Assembly: GCA_964199315.1 (NCBI GenBank)
Contig: OZ116701.1
Span: 32,178,001 to 32,242,000, forward strand
Direction: 5' to 3'
DNA length: 64,000 nt
Source of the DNA: Orbicella franksi
Taxonomy: Eukaryota
Below are positions 51,904 through 64,000 of the stretch, in pieces. Under the pieces are notes generated by a model. That model saw only the letters and a list, made by a program, of their open reading frames with translations. It searched no databases and had not been told where the DNA came from. Made by a program: the position numbers and the translations under genes. How positions within the stretch are numbered: the first letter of the stretch is position 1; each line of letters opens with the position of its first letter.

Positions 51904-54900
51904 CTACGTCAGTCTGCTTGTGTAATTGACTTCGTTCCACCAGGGACTAAAGTACTCTAGCAAGATGTCCTCCGCGGGTTTGAAGACCAAGTCTTTGTAA
52001 TGCACGCTATCGAACGGATCCACGCTATTATCAGTCCCGTTAGGGAAAGACGCGGTGAGTGGGTACACATCAAGTACTTCAATACCGGCTTTACACATGG
52101 CCCAGGTAGCATATGCATTGTAGAGTTGAACCCGCTGAAAGAAAGGAAAAGAGTTTTATAAACTAACCATTACAGTAAGGTAAATTCTGTATGCGAGCCA
52201 CGTAGCCCATCAGGCCTGAACTTATCACGGTTTCTATAGCATGAAGCAACTAGGAATATTTCTACTCCTCCCTGGATGGGATACCAGTCCGTCGCAGGGT
52301 TACTCCCTGGCTTTAATTTCGCCAGCACTCATTTATACACCTGGGCGGAGAGAGGCACTTTGAGAGTAAAGTGTCTTGCCCAGGAACACAACACAATGTC
52401 CCCGGTCGGGATTCCAACCCAGACCACTTGATCCGGAGACGAGCGATCTAACCACGAGCCCAACGCGCCACCGAACAAATTAACAACAGTAGATACGCTT
52501 TAATTGGTCAAAATTTTGATTGGTCAAAATTTGGGAATTTTTACAACAGGGTCTAGAAAGTATTTGTTTAGGACTGGTTTTGAACTTTCCAGTGAAAATG
52601 ATCAGGCTTTAGTTATTTACTGTTAACATTACTCAACAGAATCCCTTTATCTATCAGAGGTCTATATGATGAAATGACAACATAAAAACCAACATTACAG
52701 AGGCGGCTGCTACTACAGGCCTAGGTTCGTCTGTGATCCTTCTTTATCTTCTCTCAATAAATGTTATAATTTTTGCCGGGGAGGGGGACGCCGTTACAAA
52801 AATGACGGGGCTGCTCATCTTACCTTTTAAAGGTTAGAAAAACAGTTTTGGTACCTCTTAGAATGTTCAGCCAGGAGATATTTGAAAATCAACAGACTTT
52901 TAATTTGTGTCAGAATTGGTACCTCTTAGGGGTGAAAAGTATTTCAAGCCACGCCCACAAAACAGGATCTTGGTACCTCCTAGGGGTTCTTTTCAAAATG
53001 TCCGACCAGCAACCCCGTCCCTTTCATATGGGAGACCCCTTCGGGGAGTTTTTGTACCTGTCGAGTAAGAAATCGTCGCTTGTGGTTGTGTGGCGATCTT
53101 AGTCTTTCTCTGTGGATAGCAGCGTTTGTCTTCCAAATCATTTTCCCTTTGAACTTCAATCCAATTCCTCCTTTTTCGTTCACTTTTGTCGCTTTAAACA
53201 GATCCACAATACCATCGATAACTTGGCGGTATGTCGAAAAGTTTGTTGACGTAATAAAATGCAGTCCGTGGTTAAGAATAATGACGCTTTTCTCGTCATT
53301 CATCTGCGGCAAGTGAATAACCCTCGCTATCGCGTCCAAGACGCGTGTTATGTTTATTGGTAGAAAGTTTCTTTGGTACATCTCTACTGTAGCGTTTTTG
53401 ATTGGATAAATCCAGTTGTAAGACAGGGTGCAGCCGCGAAAAACTGTTTTGCACAGTGGAGTTCGACGAATGGAACGGTAAAATCGTCCCGCATTAGAAT
53501 CTCCGTAGATCCACAACACACCCTCGCGATTTCTTGGGGAATGTTTCATCCACAAACCTGTAAAATGATTCATTAATGAATGAGAGAAAATTAACAGAAC
53601 GGGAAAATTATTGTCAGCCAATTAGGGCAATAGACCATTTTACAGTTGTCTGCTCAGTGACCTGGCCTTTGTATGGCAGCGAGGCTAGAGTTGACCTTGT
53701 TTTGATACAGACCTCACTGCTTTTGTTGTGTAAAACAAGTAGTTCTGATGCTAACTAGGTGCATTTACATGACAAAAGCAGTGAGGTTTGTATCAAAACA
53801 AGGTCAACTCTAGCCTCGCTGCCATACAAAGGCCAGTTCACTGAGCAGACAACTGTAAAATGGTCTATTGGGGCAACTCTCCCTATGAAACACGCCCTCA
53901 GGAAATCATGGGAGTTGTACTCATCAAAACAAATATCCAGTCCAAGCCCCGATGAATACAACTACCATGATTCCCTGCAGGCGCATCTCACAGAGAAAAT
54001 TGGCCATTAGAACGATTTGGACATAGGAGGTATCTCCAAAGCATGCAACGAACGCCTAGAAAGCCAAAAGGCTTAACATGGATCTTAGGAAGTAACAACT
54101 AAAAGCAACATTGAGATCAAGACATTTTGTAGTGTTAAAAGGACAAATATTGCGAGGAATCAAGTTTAAAATCGCCAACATTGTCTGCCTTCTCAGATCT
54201 TCTTCTCTCGTATTTACCTTTCACATGTGGTCTCCAGGTCCCGTTGTACCAGCCGCCAAAGCCATCCCATAAAAACTTGCAATCCTCGTCGCATGAGGGA
54301 GGGTTACCAAGTCCATAGCTCAGAAATTCTGAAAGTGAAAAGATTATGTTTTAAGCTCGTTTTACAAGCACCCAACAAATCTGACCATTGATGTAGTGTA
54401 ATAATAACCTGGTCTGAATTTGTTGCCGCTTTTTTTAGGCTTGCTTGGCCTCAAGGATTTATGGCTTAGTTGTTTGCGTATAAACAAGGTTTTCTGAAAG
54501 ATAGTTTCCAAGATGCAAGCTTTTCCGACACTTTTCCCCGCTGCAGCTCGGCTTAAAATTTAGTCGATCTAACTAATTAATTCGTTACGATGAGTGTACA
54601 GTCAGACCTCTCCACAGCGGCAACCCGGGGGGCAGAGGAAAGTGGCTGTTGTAAAGAGGTGGTCGTTAGTGGAGGTTCGACTGCATTACCCTCATATCTC
54701 GTTGGCCCAGAAGGTTGTGGTACAGATATGGTCAGCGGTATTCCTTCCCAAAGAGCAGCTTGTAAAAAGACATAAGGCTCCATCAAAGTTCCGTGCGGTT
54801 GACTGTTGCCATGGATATTTCCTGATGTAAAATTAGTGAAACAAACTATGAGGTGGACTGTATATTTCTCAGATCTTTAATGTAAACCAGGAGAAAATAT

Positions 54901-56066
54901 TCAAAGATATTTTGTGAATTACAAAAATGCTATTGTTTCCAGAGCCGTTTTCCTTCTGTTTCCAGTTGCATACGCAGAACCTTGTTTAATTCATAAAAGT
55001 CATTAGAAAAAGCCCAAAGAAAAAACTTGCGCTGATTGATTAAAAATCGTGTGTTTTGAAACACAGAACTAGCACGAGCGGTTGACGTACATTTTGATTA
55101 TCAATTGTCAAAGTAAACATTTTTTTTTGGTCGCGGTATTTTCTAAAAGAAATAAAAAAACATGTTCTCCGTGTTGCTATCGAGTCATAGAGACCCTCGT
55201 GAAAGTTTGGGAGAACTCGAAAAAGCTGTTCAAACACGCTGCTATCGGCTCGTGCTCCCACAGCCTTGCTCTTTCTCCCAAACTTCCACTCGTGTTTCTA
55301 CAGCTCGATACTGGAGAAATAAACGCTATAAATTTTGTAAATACCGCACCATACCTATCATAAACCAGTAATCAGGAGGGTTTTTCATTCCGTCACACAG
55401 CGAGTAATCCAACACGATCGACGCAGAGTAGGTTCCAGGCTCCAGGATAAGAAACAGCACCTCGTACGTTCCATTGCCGTGATCAATCACTGTCGGTGCA
55501 AGCACGGATGGTCCCCATATAAGAACCCTCCAATCGTCGCCTCCTATAGTCTTGGGTTGACCGTTATGTGTCTGGGACTGAATACTGAATCTGCTAAACT
55601 CCCCGGCAGGTTTTATGTCCATTACTGTAATGAAACTTTTCGTAGGGTCAGTCCTGTTTTCCATTCCCCATCCAGGCAAATTCACGCCAAATTTGGCGCT
55701 TCCTTCACAAGTTGATCTGAGTTGTTCCCAGTCTGTCGCGACCCTGCGCACTCGGCACCAGTCTTTTCTGAAATCTAACAAACTGTTGCGATTTACTGTG
55801 CTCGTAAGATACAGAGGAAAATACCACTTGAGGTACACGAATAGTGTAATAGTCAATGCCCAGAATAGGAAAAAAGCTCTGCGTAGAACAAATATCCTGG
55901 GCACGCCCCGCAAGGTTCTTCCTCCTGTCACAAGAATTTGAACCGAAGTACAGAATTGACGGAACTTGCGCCGCAGTCCTGCTGGACAGCGAAGAACCTC
56001 ATGAGATGTTGTTTGCCGGTAAATTTCTTCCGAATACACTGTGACATCTCTGTGATACTCAGTCAT
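51904..56066 (-). CDS. NXPE family-like protein, copy 3, 5 exons, 561 aa
   Basis: Exons 55355-56066, 54690-54821, 54218-54328, 53058-53557, 51904-52134. Motifs IYGDS, LNHGLH, FDSVH. Closest to copy 2. Confidence 0.88.
52179..52472 (-). mobile_element. CORE-type SINE, same family as 46053-46350
   Basis: Reverse-complement similarity to the 46053 element along its length (e.g. gtgtcttgcccaggaacacaacacaatgtccccgg). Boundaries approximate. Confidence 0.8.
53631..53867. mobile_element. Palindromic MITE with TAG...CTA termini and ~9-bp TSD (intron 3 of NXPE-like copy 3)
   Basis: ~110-bp TIRs (tagaccattttacagttgtctgctcagtga...); flanks ttagggcaa / ttggggcaa (one mismatch). Confidence 0.85.
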
Positions 56067-57823
56067 AGAAGGCGCTTTCTAGGAAAAGAAACCTCTCAGA
56101 GCATGTATAGCGATGATGTACCAAGCTTCATCGATTTTTCTACCTAGGAAACAAGGAAGAGGTTGAATGGTTAAAAGACGAGTAATTTCAATTAGATCTA
56201 GACTTCTGTGGTAAGATAGAACTTGTTTCTTCAAAAACATCTTGGACGTCCTAATCGATTGGCGTCGTTTAAGCCCGTTGAAATTGTGTGCTGAAATATC
56301 CGAAAGCCACATCCTATAGGTGTCATGCTTCCCTAGTGTTTTCCTAGTCCAAGATGGCGCTCGCTCGCTCCACTACAGATCCAAAATGGCGTTTATCCCT
56401 CAGGCCCCAGCTTCAAAATACGCCCGTATTGCAAGCTTCACGATATAGAATAGCATTGTATATACAACAGAGAGTACCTCAGGAAAGTATTATACAGCAT
56501 GGTTTCGGTTTAAGTGGGTTATTCAAGAGGGTTTTACTACAAAGAGAACCTAAAGCGTGTTTGATGTTTTTTGTGTGTGTCGTGTTTTTATATCAGTCTT
56601 ATCGCGTTGTTAATTTCTTCTTTTTTACATAAATTACAAGAGCCTATTCAATTGTAAATATACCAGTCAAAGTTATTAACTAAAACTTATCGTACAATTA
56701 ATTGATACCATTGGGACGAAAAGGTTTCAAAAAGCAAACTGAAATTCAATCATACACGTAAGCTCTATTGAATTTATTCAGAATTATACAAAGCATGGTC
56801 TTACTAACTAGGGCTAATAAATTTTGTTGACTGTCTTCAATTCAGTCAAGCCTGTCTTCTTGCACGCATCATAAGTCAAATATTTTCCTGCGAAAAAAAT
56901 TACATTCCCGTACAAACCTTTGTTGCTAGACCACCTTTAAAGCGGTTTTCTGGGTAGAAATTGCTTCATTTTGAGTTGAAAACACCAGGATAACCGTTCA
57001 TCTTCGCCTAAACATCTTCTCCATCCATGTAGCCTCGTTGTTTTATTTAACTTCGCTCCACCCTCGTGGCATGTGGCTTCAAATCACCAGTCAATGTTAG
57101 GTGCTTCATTCACAGCAGACGAATAGCACGAAATGTTTGTGTTTGCCTCCGCTGGAAAGAAATAATTCCTCGGCCTTTAGACTTTCAGAACATAACCTTG
57201 CACGATAATTTTGGTTGCGGTCGTACAGACAATCAGCTAAAACAAGAGACCGTGATCTCTTGGCTAAAATTAATCCTCTTGAACGCTGTAAAACTGAACA
57301 GATTTTGGGAAATCCTAGTCAGAGGGGCCACCATCACCTTTTGCCCAAAACGTGCTTTTTCAGAGAGCAAAATACAAAATACATACTTACGCCCGCTGAT
57401 AAAAGGAAGAGCAGTTTGGTTTTGCTTGGTTCAGTTCGCATTTTTCCGACCTATGGGCTGATGGTCTCCCATTGAAATTTTATGTCTTGATGAACTAACA
57501 TGGAAGCCCTCGAACTTCATTGTCAGGCTTCTTCAAGCCACCGGGTAATTTTCCTTTTATTATATAGCTAACTAATTGTTTGCACAAACAGCCATAAAAA
57601 AGCGGGAAATGACGTCATCAGTATCCTCACTAGCTAGTGAGGATGTGAAAAATACGCCACTCGGATCCCGGATGTAATTTCGCTCGAATTTTACTAGTGC
57701 TTTATTTTCCAGTAAACACTGGTTTCTATCAATTTTTATCAGTAAAATGTTCAGCTCGTTTTAAAATTCGGGCATACGGTTCACTGCGATCGTGGTTGAA
57801 AACTGATATGTATGTGGTTCCTG

Positions 57824-58042
57824 GGGTGCTCTCCATTATGCCAGACCGACCGGTACAACCCAGCGGGAGTACCCGAGGAAAAATGGGACGACATCTCCGA
57901 TCAAACCGCGCTTATTCCTCTCCCGAATTCCCTATAGCAGTGAAATCTACTGACGAGAAGCAGGCAATAAACCAGTTTGTCAAAATGGAATGCCAAATTT
58001 CGGTCCGACCGACTGGAACTTTTGGCATAATGGAAAGCACCC
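57824..58042. mobile_element. MITE with 20-bp TIRs (PIF/Harbinger-like) just 3' of NXPE-like copy 4
   Basis: gggtgctctccattatgcca vs tggcataatggaaagcaccc (19/20 complementary); flanks ctg / cta. Superfamily assignment is inference. Confidence 0.75.
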
Positions 58043-58116
58043 CTAGTTTCAGGATTACTGTTTATGACATAGAAGCAATTTATATCAACATAATCACGAA
58101 ATTAAGAAAAAAAACT

Positions 58117-61100
58117 TTAATCCATCTTATAAGTTTTGTAAAAATAATCTTCTAAAAGTCTCTCTGCCGACTCGAAGACAAAATGTTCGTAATGGACCGC
58201 ATCTTTAGGTCTGGATGGTTTGCCAGTGCCGTACGGATAAGAATCGGTCAGCGGATGAACATCTAGTACAGGAACATTGGCCTGGCACATGGCGGCGGTG
58301 GCAAAGGAGTTAAAGAGAAGAACTCGCTGCTAGGAAATGAAAAAAAAAACAAATAATGAATGATGTATTTAGTATGGAAACTTGGAAACTGAAAAACAGC
58401 ATCGTAATAGTTGATTAAGTTGGGATGTTAGTATGGATAATCAAATAGTGACGAATGAAATTAGGAAATAATTTTCACGCGCGTTTTGTCAAAATTCTAA
58501 TAGTTTTCCGATTCTTTAACGCAAGTGAAATTATTTCTTAATTTACGAGTATGCTCTTTAAATATCTTTAATATTATGGGTGGCAAATTACGCTTACAAT
58601 CGTTGGTTCCCAACCCTTATAACTAAGAACGTGATGGTGTCAACGTCAACGCTGAAATTTCGTGGAAAAATTAAGGATTAATTTGTCATTCATGGTATTA
58701 TAAAGGTTATTGGTCCAAAGAATTTACTTTATAATTTTTTCCTTAATTGGCACTTGTGCGGCTAAGGTACTCTCTTTTGATTGTTAAAAGTAAAAATTAC
58801 CCCCATTTCTCCGTTGACAGCTACATTTCGTTTCCATCAGACTCTTGATTAAAGTCCATTGAAATTTTTCATGGAAGGCATATGCTGAAAATTACCAGAG
58901 TATGAACCGCTATTCTTTTTGCGTAATCCGCCAGGCGTGACACAAAAGAACGCACGAGAGGAAATAGCCTCGCGCGGTCAGTTTTCCTCTTGCGCGCTCT
59001 TTCGCGTGTCTCAGGACGAGCCAAGCAAAAGAGGGGTTACTACTGATCTAAACGTTTCCTTTGCCGCGTCATTTCACACGGGTCAACGGGTTTGAATTTC
59101 ACGCCTGTTAAAATATGATAGAGCAAATGTCTAAGGACAGCCAGCGTCTGCGACGTTCAGACAAGACGCTTCATACCTGGTAAGTTAAAAACCTTCTTGC
59201 TTGGATGTGTCTCCCGTCCAGCTTTTGTTTATTCAAGGCCGTTGTTGATCTCCAGATCATTTCACCAGGAAAAAGCAAATTTCCATTGGCTCTAGTCACC
59301 ATCTTTGTTTCTTCAAAGAGTCTTATTAATGAACCAACTGTCTCTTGATAATTTGAGAAGTTTGTACTCTCAAGGTAATGTAAACCGGCATTTAACAGAA
59401 TCACACTGTTCTTGTCGAAAAATGGTTTGGATATGACGTCTAACACCTCACTAGCGACTCTCATGAAGTTGAAGTCGAGATTGTCATCAGCATTCTTGGC
59501 AGCCGTTATATTCCCTGCAACGAAAAGAAGGAAACACAAGAGCGCTGTAGTAATTAAATTACTGAACAAAAAAATGCTTTCTCATTATTGGGAACATTGA
59601 TGGCTCAAATGTGAGAGCGCTCCCTACAGTCCCACCAATGTGACCCGGGTTCCATTCCGGCCCGGTACCATATGCAGGTTGAGTTTGTTGTTTGTTCTCG
59701 CCTTGCTCCGAAGGTTTGTCTCCAGGTTCTCCGGTTTTCTTCTCTCCACAAAAACCAACATCTCCAAATTCCAATTCGACCAGGATACAGGACCCGCATG
59801 AAAACCATGCTAAGGCTGATGTGACTTCCTCTCTAAATATTGTCAATTTATTTTAAGTCCATAGTCACCTTTTAACTGGTAGATCCAGTTGTATGTGTGT
59901 CCACACCATTTAAAAACATGAGTGCATAGCGGTCGTGGCCTGACTCCCCAGAAAAACTGCTCGCTGACCGAGTCTCCGTATATCCACAGCACGCTGTCCT
60001 TCCGCAGGGGACTGGGATCCAGAAAACTGTGCCTGTCTCTGTCTGTAAGATACATGATGCTTGTGAATTAACGATTAGTTAAAGTTTTAGTTTTAGGGTT
60101 TGATTGAGATCTCGATCGCATCTCACGCTAAACATGACATCTTTTACAATACTGTTTATATCAAGGTATGTGTTTTCTGCTCGATCTGATAGCGAGGCCG
60201 AAAAAGGGAAAATTATTACAGTAATCAGCTTTATATAGTCGGTCAATTGGCTGTTTACAGGTACCTGGTACAACCACGGAACAGCACGTGAGAACAATGC
60301 CTTGACATAAATTACATTATGTCTGGTCATAATGCCTGCTTTTAAAGACTCCTGTACATTAAATTGAATCACGTAGAATGATAAAGGAAATTCATCTGCC
60401 ATGTTTGTTATTTTAATACATCATTTGTACTTTGGCAAGTGTCTGAGTGACAATCTCGCGGATTTTAGCATTAATTTCACGAAGAACTGTTCAAGGTGGA
60501 TTTGTAGAAATTAAGAGAAGATGAAGAGTAACAGAGTGAATCCTCCTATAGGCCTCATTGCCCTCTCAAGTTATTTTCAGATATGGTACCCAGTGCTTCC
60601 GCGAATAATGTTGCTCCGTGTGTTCAGTTTAAAGCTGCTTGCGCTGTCCACGTGAGAAAAATCTTCGTCACAGGATTAGCTATTTCTTGAACCTCCTGGG
60701 ATTTCTGAAGTCCGAAGTGATCTAAAAATAACTTGAGACTGATTACCTTGGTACTAAGGCTTGTATGGGGGGTTAACTTTATTACTCTTTGTCCTCTCTT
60801 GCAAAAATGCATTGACATATTAGACTCTGCCACAATCCTGCCCTTACCATCTGCACTTATGAAAGGTTTCCACGTCAGTGAGCCTTGCACACCGCTGACC
60901 CAATTACCAAAGCCATCCCAGAGAAATTTGCATTGAATTCCACAAGTTAAGTCGAGACCGGCGCCCACAGACTGCACAACTGAAAAAATTGGAGATACAT
61001 AGATGTACATCTTACTTTTTCACACTATATTGTAAGAATCAAAAAACATCATATTCCACATTTGTCTACTCTTGTTTTTTAGTTGTATGTTTTTGCCTCA

Positions 61101-62334
61101 CCTTGATAAAGAGGCTTTTTCCCAAAAGGCACTGGGCGAATGCTGATCCATATTGGGTTACCAGACCTCAAAGGTTTTAAAATGTACGGCCGCTCAGCGC
61201 CACGCTTTGTTGGCCCTAGGACTCCCTCTTGTTGGTTCTTTCCTTGTGCGTTTCCTTTAACGAATCAGATCGCAATGTTACGAGGGTTTTATAAAACCTC
61301 CAGTTCGTTTCGGGAAGCTTAAATTTGAATTGTTCTTGTTTTCCTCTAAGGGTGTGACAGGGGGAGGGGGCAGCTGCGATTCAACTATTATTGTAATATT
61401 TGTTTTCCAGATAAAGCAGTTTTCACTTGAGTGCCGGAAAGTATTTGGTTCTGCGCTATGACGCTACACGATTTTCTCAAAATCTCGCGCCACTTCTTGA
61501 TCCAATCAGAAGTAAAACAGAAACCAATTATGACTCACTTGTACACGTTTTCCCGCGCTTTATGTCAGTTACATGTATTTGCTCTGAGTTTTGATTGGTT
61601 CATTGGATTGTCTGTGTCCTTTGTGACTGGCTAGAGTGATTACTTTCGTTTCGGTTTTACGATACTCAATTGAAAACCGCTTTATTTGACGGCTTGGTTC
61701 CCCAAATAAGTATGTGTTTGATAACAGTGGCCAAGGTAATTAGGACGAGTATGCTGTTGTAAATGATAAACTTACCGACTATAAACCAGTCTGGAGGCGG
61801 ATCTCTGAGCCCATCGCAAAGCGAATGATCCAGAATTGCTTCCACTTGGTAATTCCCAGGTTCAGTGATAAGGAACACGACTTCATAGGTCCCATTCATG
61901 TGATCGAAAACAGTCCCAGCAACTGACGCCGGGCCCTTTAGCTGCACTCGCCACGAATCTCCTCCGATTCTTTTTTCTCGTCCGTTGCTTGCTACAGTCC
62001 GAATACTCAGCCTGCTGAATTCACCACACGGTCGAATATCCCACAAAGAAATAAAGCTTTCATTCGGGTCTGTGCGTTGCTCTGCTTCCCAGCCCGGGAG
62101 ACTGACACCCCAGACTAGGTTACCTTTGCATGGTTTTAACATTTGTTCCCAATCCACTCGGGCCAGTCTTATTCGACACCACTGTCTCATAAAGTCAGCA
62201 GTTCTTATTTGATCCGACGAAGGCGATTGGATAATTCTAACTAGCACAATGGTCACCAAGGTGACCCCCAATATTAGCACTGTTTTCTTTCTTCTTGTCA
62301 GTTTATGACTGGGAGCCAGCTCCCTTCTCGCCAT
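58117..62334 (-). CDS. NXPE family-like protein, copy 4 (most divergent), 6 exons, ~521 aa
   Basis: Exons 61776-62334, 61102-61254, 60848-60979, 59869-60042, 59177-59514, 58117-58326. First ATG at 62334 (MARRE). TM helix VLILGVTLVTIVLVRII; motifs GGDSWRV...DHMNGTYE, IYGDS, LNAGLH, KDAVH. Confidence 0.88.
59590..59852 (+). mobile_element. tRNA-derived SINE with V-domain-like core, inside the extra intron of NXPE-like copy 4
   Basis: tgagagcgctc...ccaccaatgtgacccgggttccattcc...gttgagtttgttg...ctccaggttctccggttttct; homologous to 17728-17977. Confidence 0.75.
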
Positions 62335-64000
62335 GTTGTCAGTTGAAGTTTGCCGGACTACATTGTTCTGCTTAGGAAAGTTCACACAAATACGACGGGT
62401 CAAGGAAATTTATTGAGAAACCTGGTTATCCACAGAACTACCATAATCGGAACTGTCGAAGTCCACAGATATTAACAGAATTTTGTTTGCTTCTTTCGTG
62501 AATGACACCAATAGCAGATCGCTTGGACCTTAATGTAAACGTTCTCTAAATTGCAAATTTTTAGACAGCTTAGAAACTTGAACTTAAGATTGGTTTTCAA
62601 ATGAAGGTCGTTAAACGAAAGCTAAGGTTATAACTCTGGCCAATCACGAGAGACACGTGTGACGCAATAAGCCAATCACAACGCAGTACACGAACATTCA
62701 ACCTTGCAGGAAAGCGCACGTAATTCAAGACACAGGGCAATTCCTCTTTGGCTGTGATTGGTTGAAACATGACCCACAAGAGTTTTTTAAACAATTAACT
62801 GTTGAACAGCCAAACCACTGCAAGCCTGTAACTGTCCACAGCCTTTGAACGCCGCTGCCTCAAAATAGCAGTTTATAAAGTGTTTTGATTAGATTTAATT
62901 CATTAAAAATGACGTTTGAATCAGCCGTTTACGTTAACTAACAGGTCTTGCTGGTTGTTGTCAACGGCGCTTTTGTTTTTATGTTTGCAAGAAAACTTGA
63001 TTTGGATAAATGTGGATCCGACGTCGCATTTCATTTTTCTTTTTGTGTATTAGAATCCGTAGAGTTTTATTTTTCTATCACAAATGTTTCACCCAATGGG
63101 AATTTTCTCAAGCAGGCAAAATACTTGCTTGCGACGCATTTTGCTTACTTTCGATTATCTTTGACGAGCGAAGAAAAGCAATCAGTAACACCATAGACTG
63201 AAAAAAATGGCGTTTGTTATCAAAGTGAACACATTTATAAGCTCTCTTACCTGTTAACTGATGCGTTCGTAATATGTGAGTCTATATCATCGAACAATTT
63301 TCCATGTACTCAAAGATGCGCCTTACAAGTTAATTTTCAACTGCGAGAATGCATAGGTATTAACCGCACAAAGTGCGCGTGCGCAAGAAATCATAAACTA
63401 TCGGAAAACTGTCGTAAGTTAACTCAATCTCGTTCCAGACTCTCTGGGAACTTTCGCTATCCTATAAGGACTCGTGATTAATTCGTAAAAAAAGGCCGGC
63501 ATTTTGGGTAAAAACGCAAAACAAAGCGCTTTGGCTGCAACTTTTTTGTAGCAAAATGAAAAAGTCAGTTTGAGTTTGAGTTTTACTCCAAATAACAAAG
63601 AATCTTTCAATTGTTGTTGGTCATAAAACCTTGATTGAAACTATTCGGAAGTTTAAACAAAAAAGTTCAACGTGACCAAGATATGCGTTCACTTCCCTTC
63701 AGTTGAGTCAAATGAAGTCGACGTGCGGGGTTATGCTTATTACTGTACAGTGGAGAGCAGTACAAGAATCATAATTTCAGATTGAAAGAATGTTACGCTG
63801 TATTTTTTGACTTGTTCTTTAACTATTTGAGTCATTCCCACCAGTAAGATTTCCAGATATTGTCCGGTTTAAGAAAGAAACATCGTATGATTAGCGGTTT
63901 ACTGAAAACCTTCAATAGAAATAATAAAAATGTAGATCTCAAGCCAACTTTGAATGTGCAAACTGACTCTATCCGCGGGAAACTATTTACGTGAGATTAC

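Noticed and set aside
57697-58155. 152-aa + strand ORF
   Set aside because: It runs through a MITE (57824-58042) and into the antisense of the copy 4 stop region; no protein-like features.
61666-62403. ORF-track start at 62403 for NXPE-like copy 4
   Set aside because: That position is a non-ATG codon; the first ATG (62334, aacATGG) is the plausible eukaryotic start.

Overview
Eukaryotic, intron-rich, repeat-dense DNA. The SINE/MITE families and gene content suggest an anthozoan, probably a stony coral (inference). Most entries in the ORF track are exon fragments or noise, so genes were rebuilt by hand from GT-AG splice sites. The window holds: (i) the last two exons of a type I L-asparaginase (+ strand); (ii) two complete tandem 11-exon serine palmitoyltransferase LCB2/SPTLC2 paralogs (- strand), one canonical and one divergent in the PATP loop; (iii) a possible two-exon 39-aa micro-ORF head-to-head with the canonical SPT copy; (iv) an N-acylation-motif, globin X-like globin with a TyrB10/GlnE7/ThrE11 distal pocket, whose putative first exon is tandemly duplicated; (v) a ~2.7-kb imperfect palindrome; (vi) four intact tandem NXPE/PC-esterase-like (GDS...DxxH) type II membrane genes; and many SINEs and MITEs. 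No rRNA, true tRNA or CRISPR array was seen.
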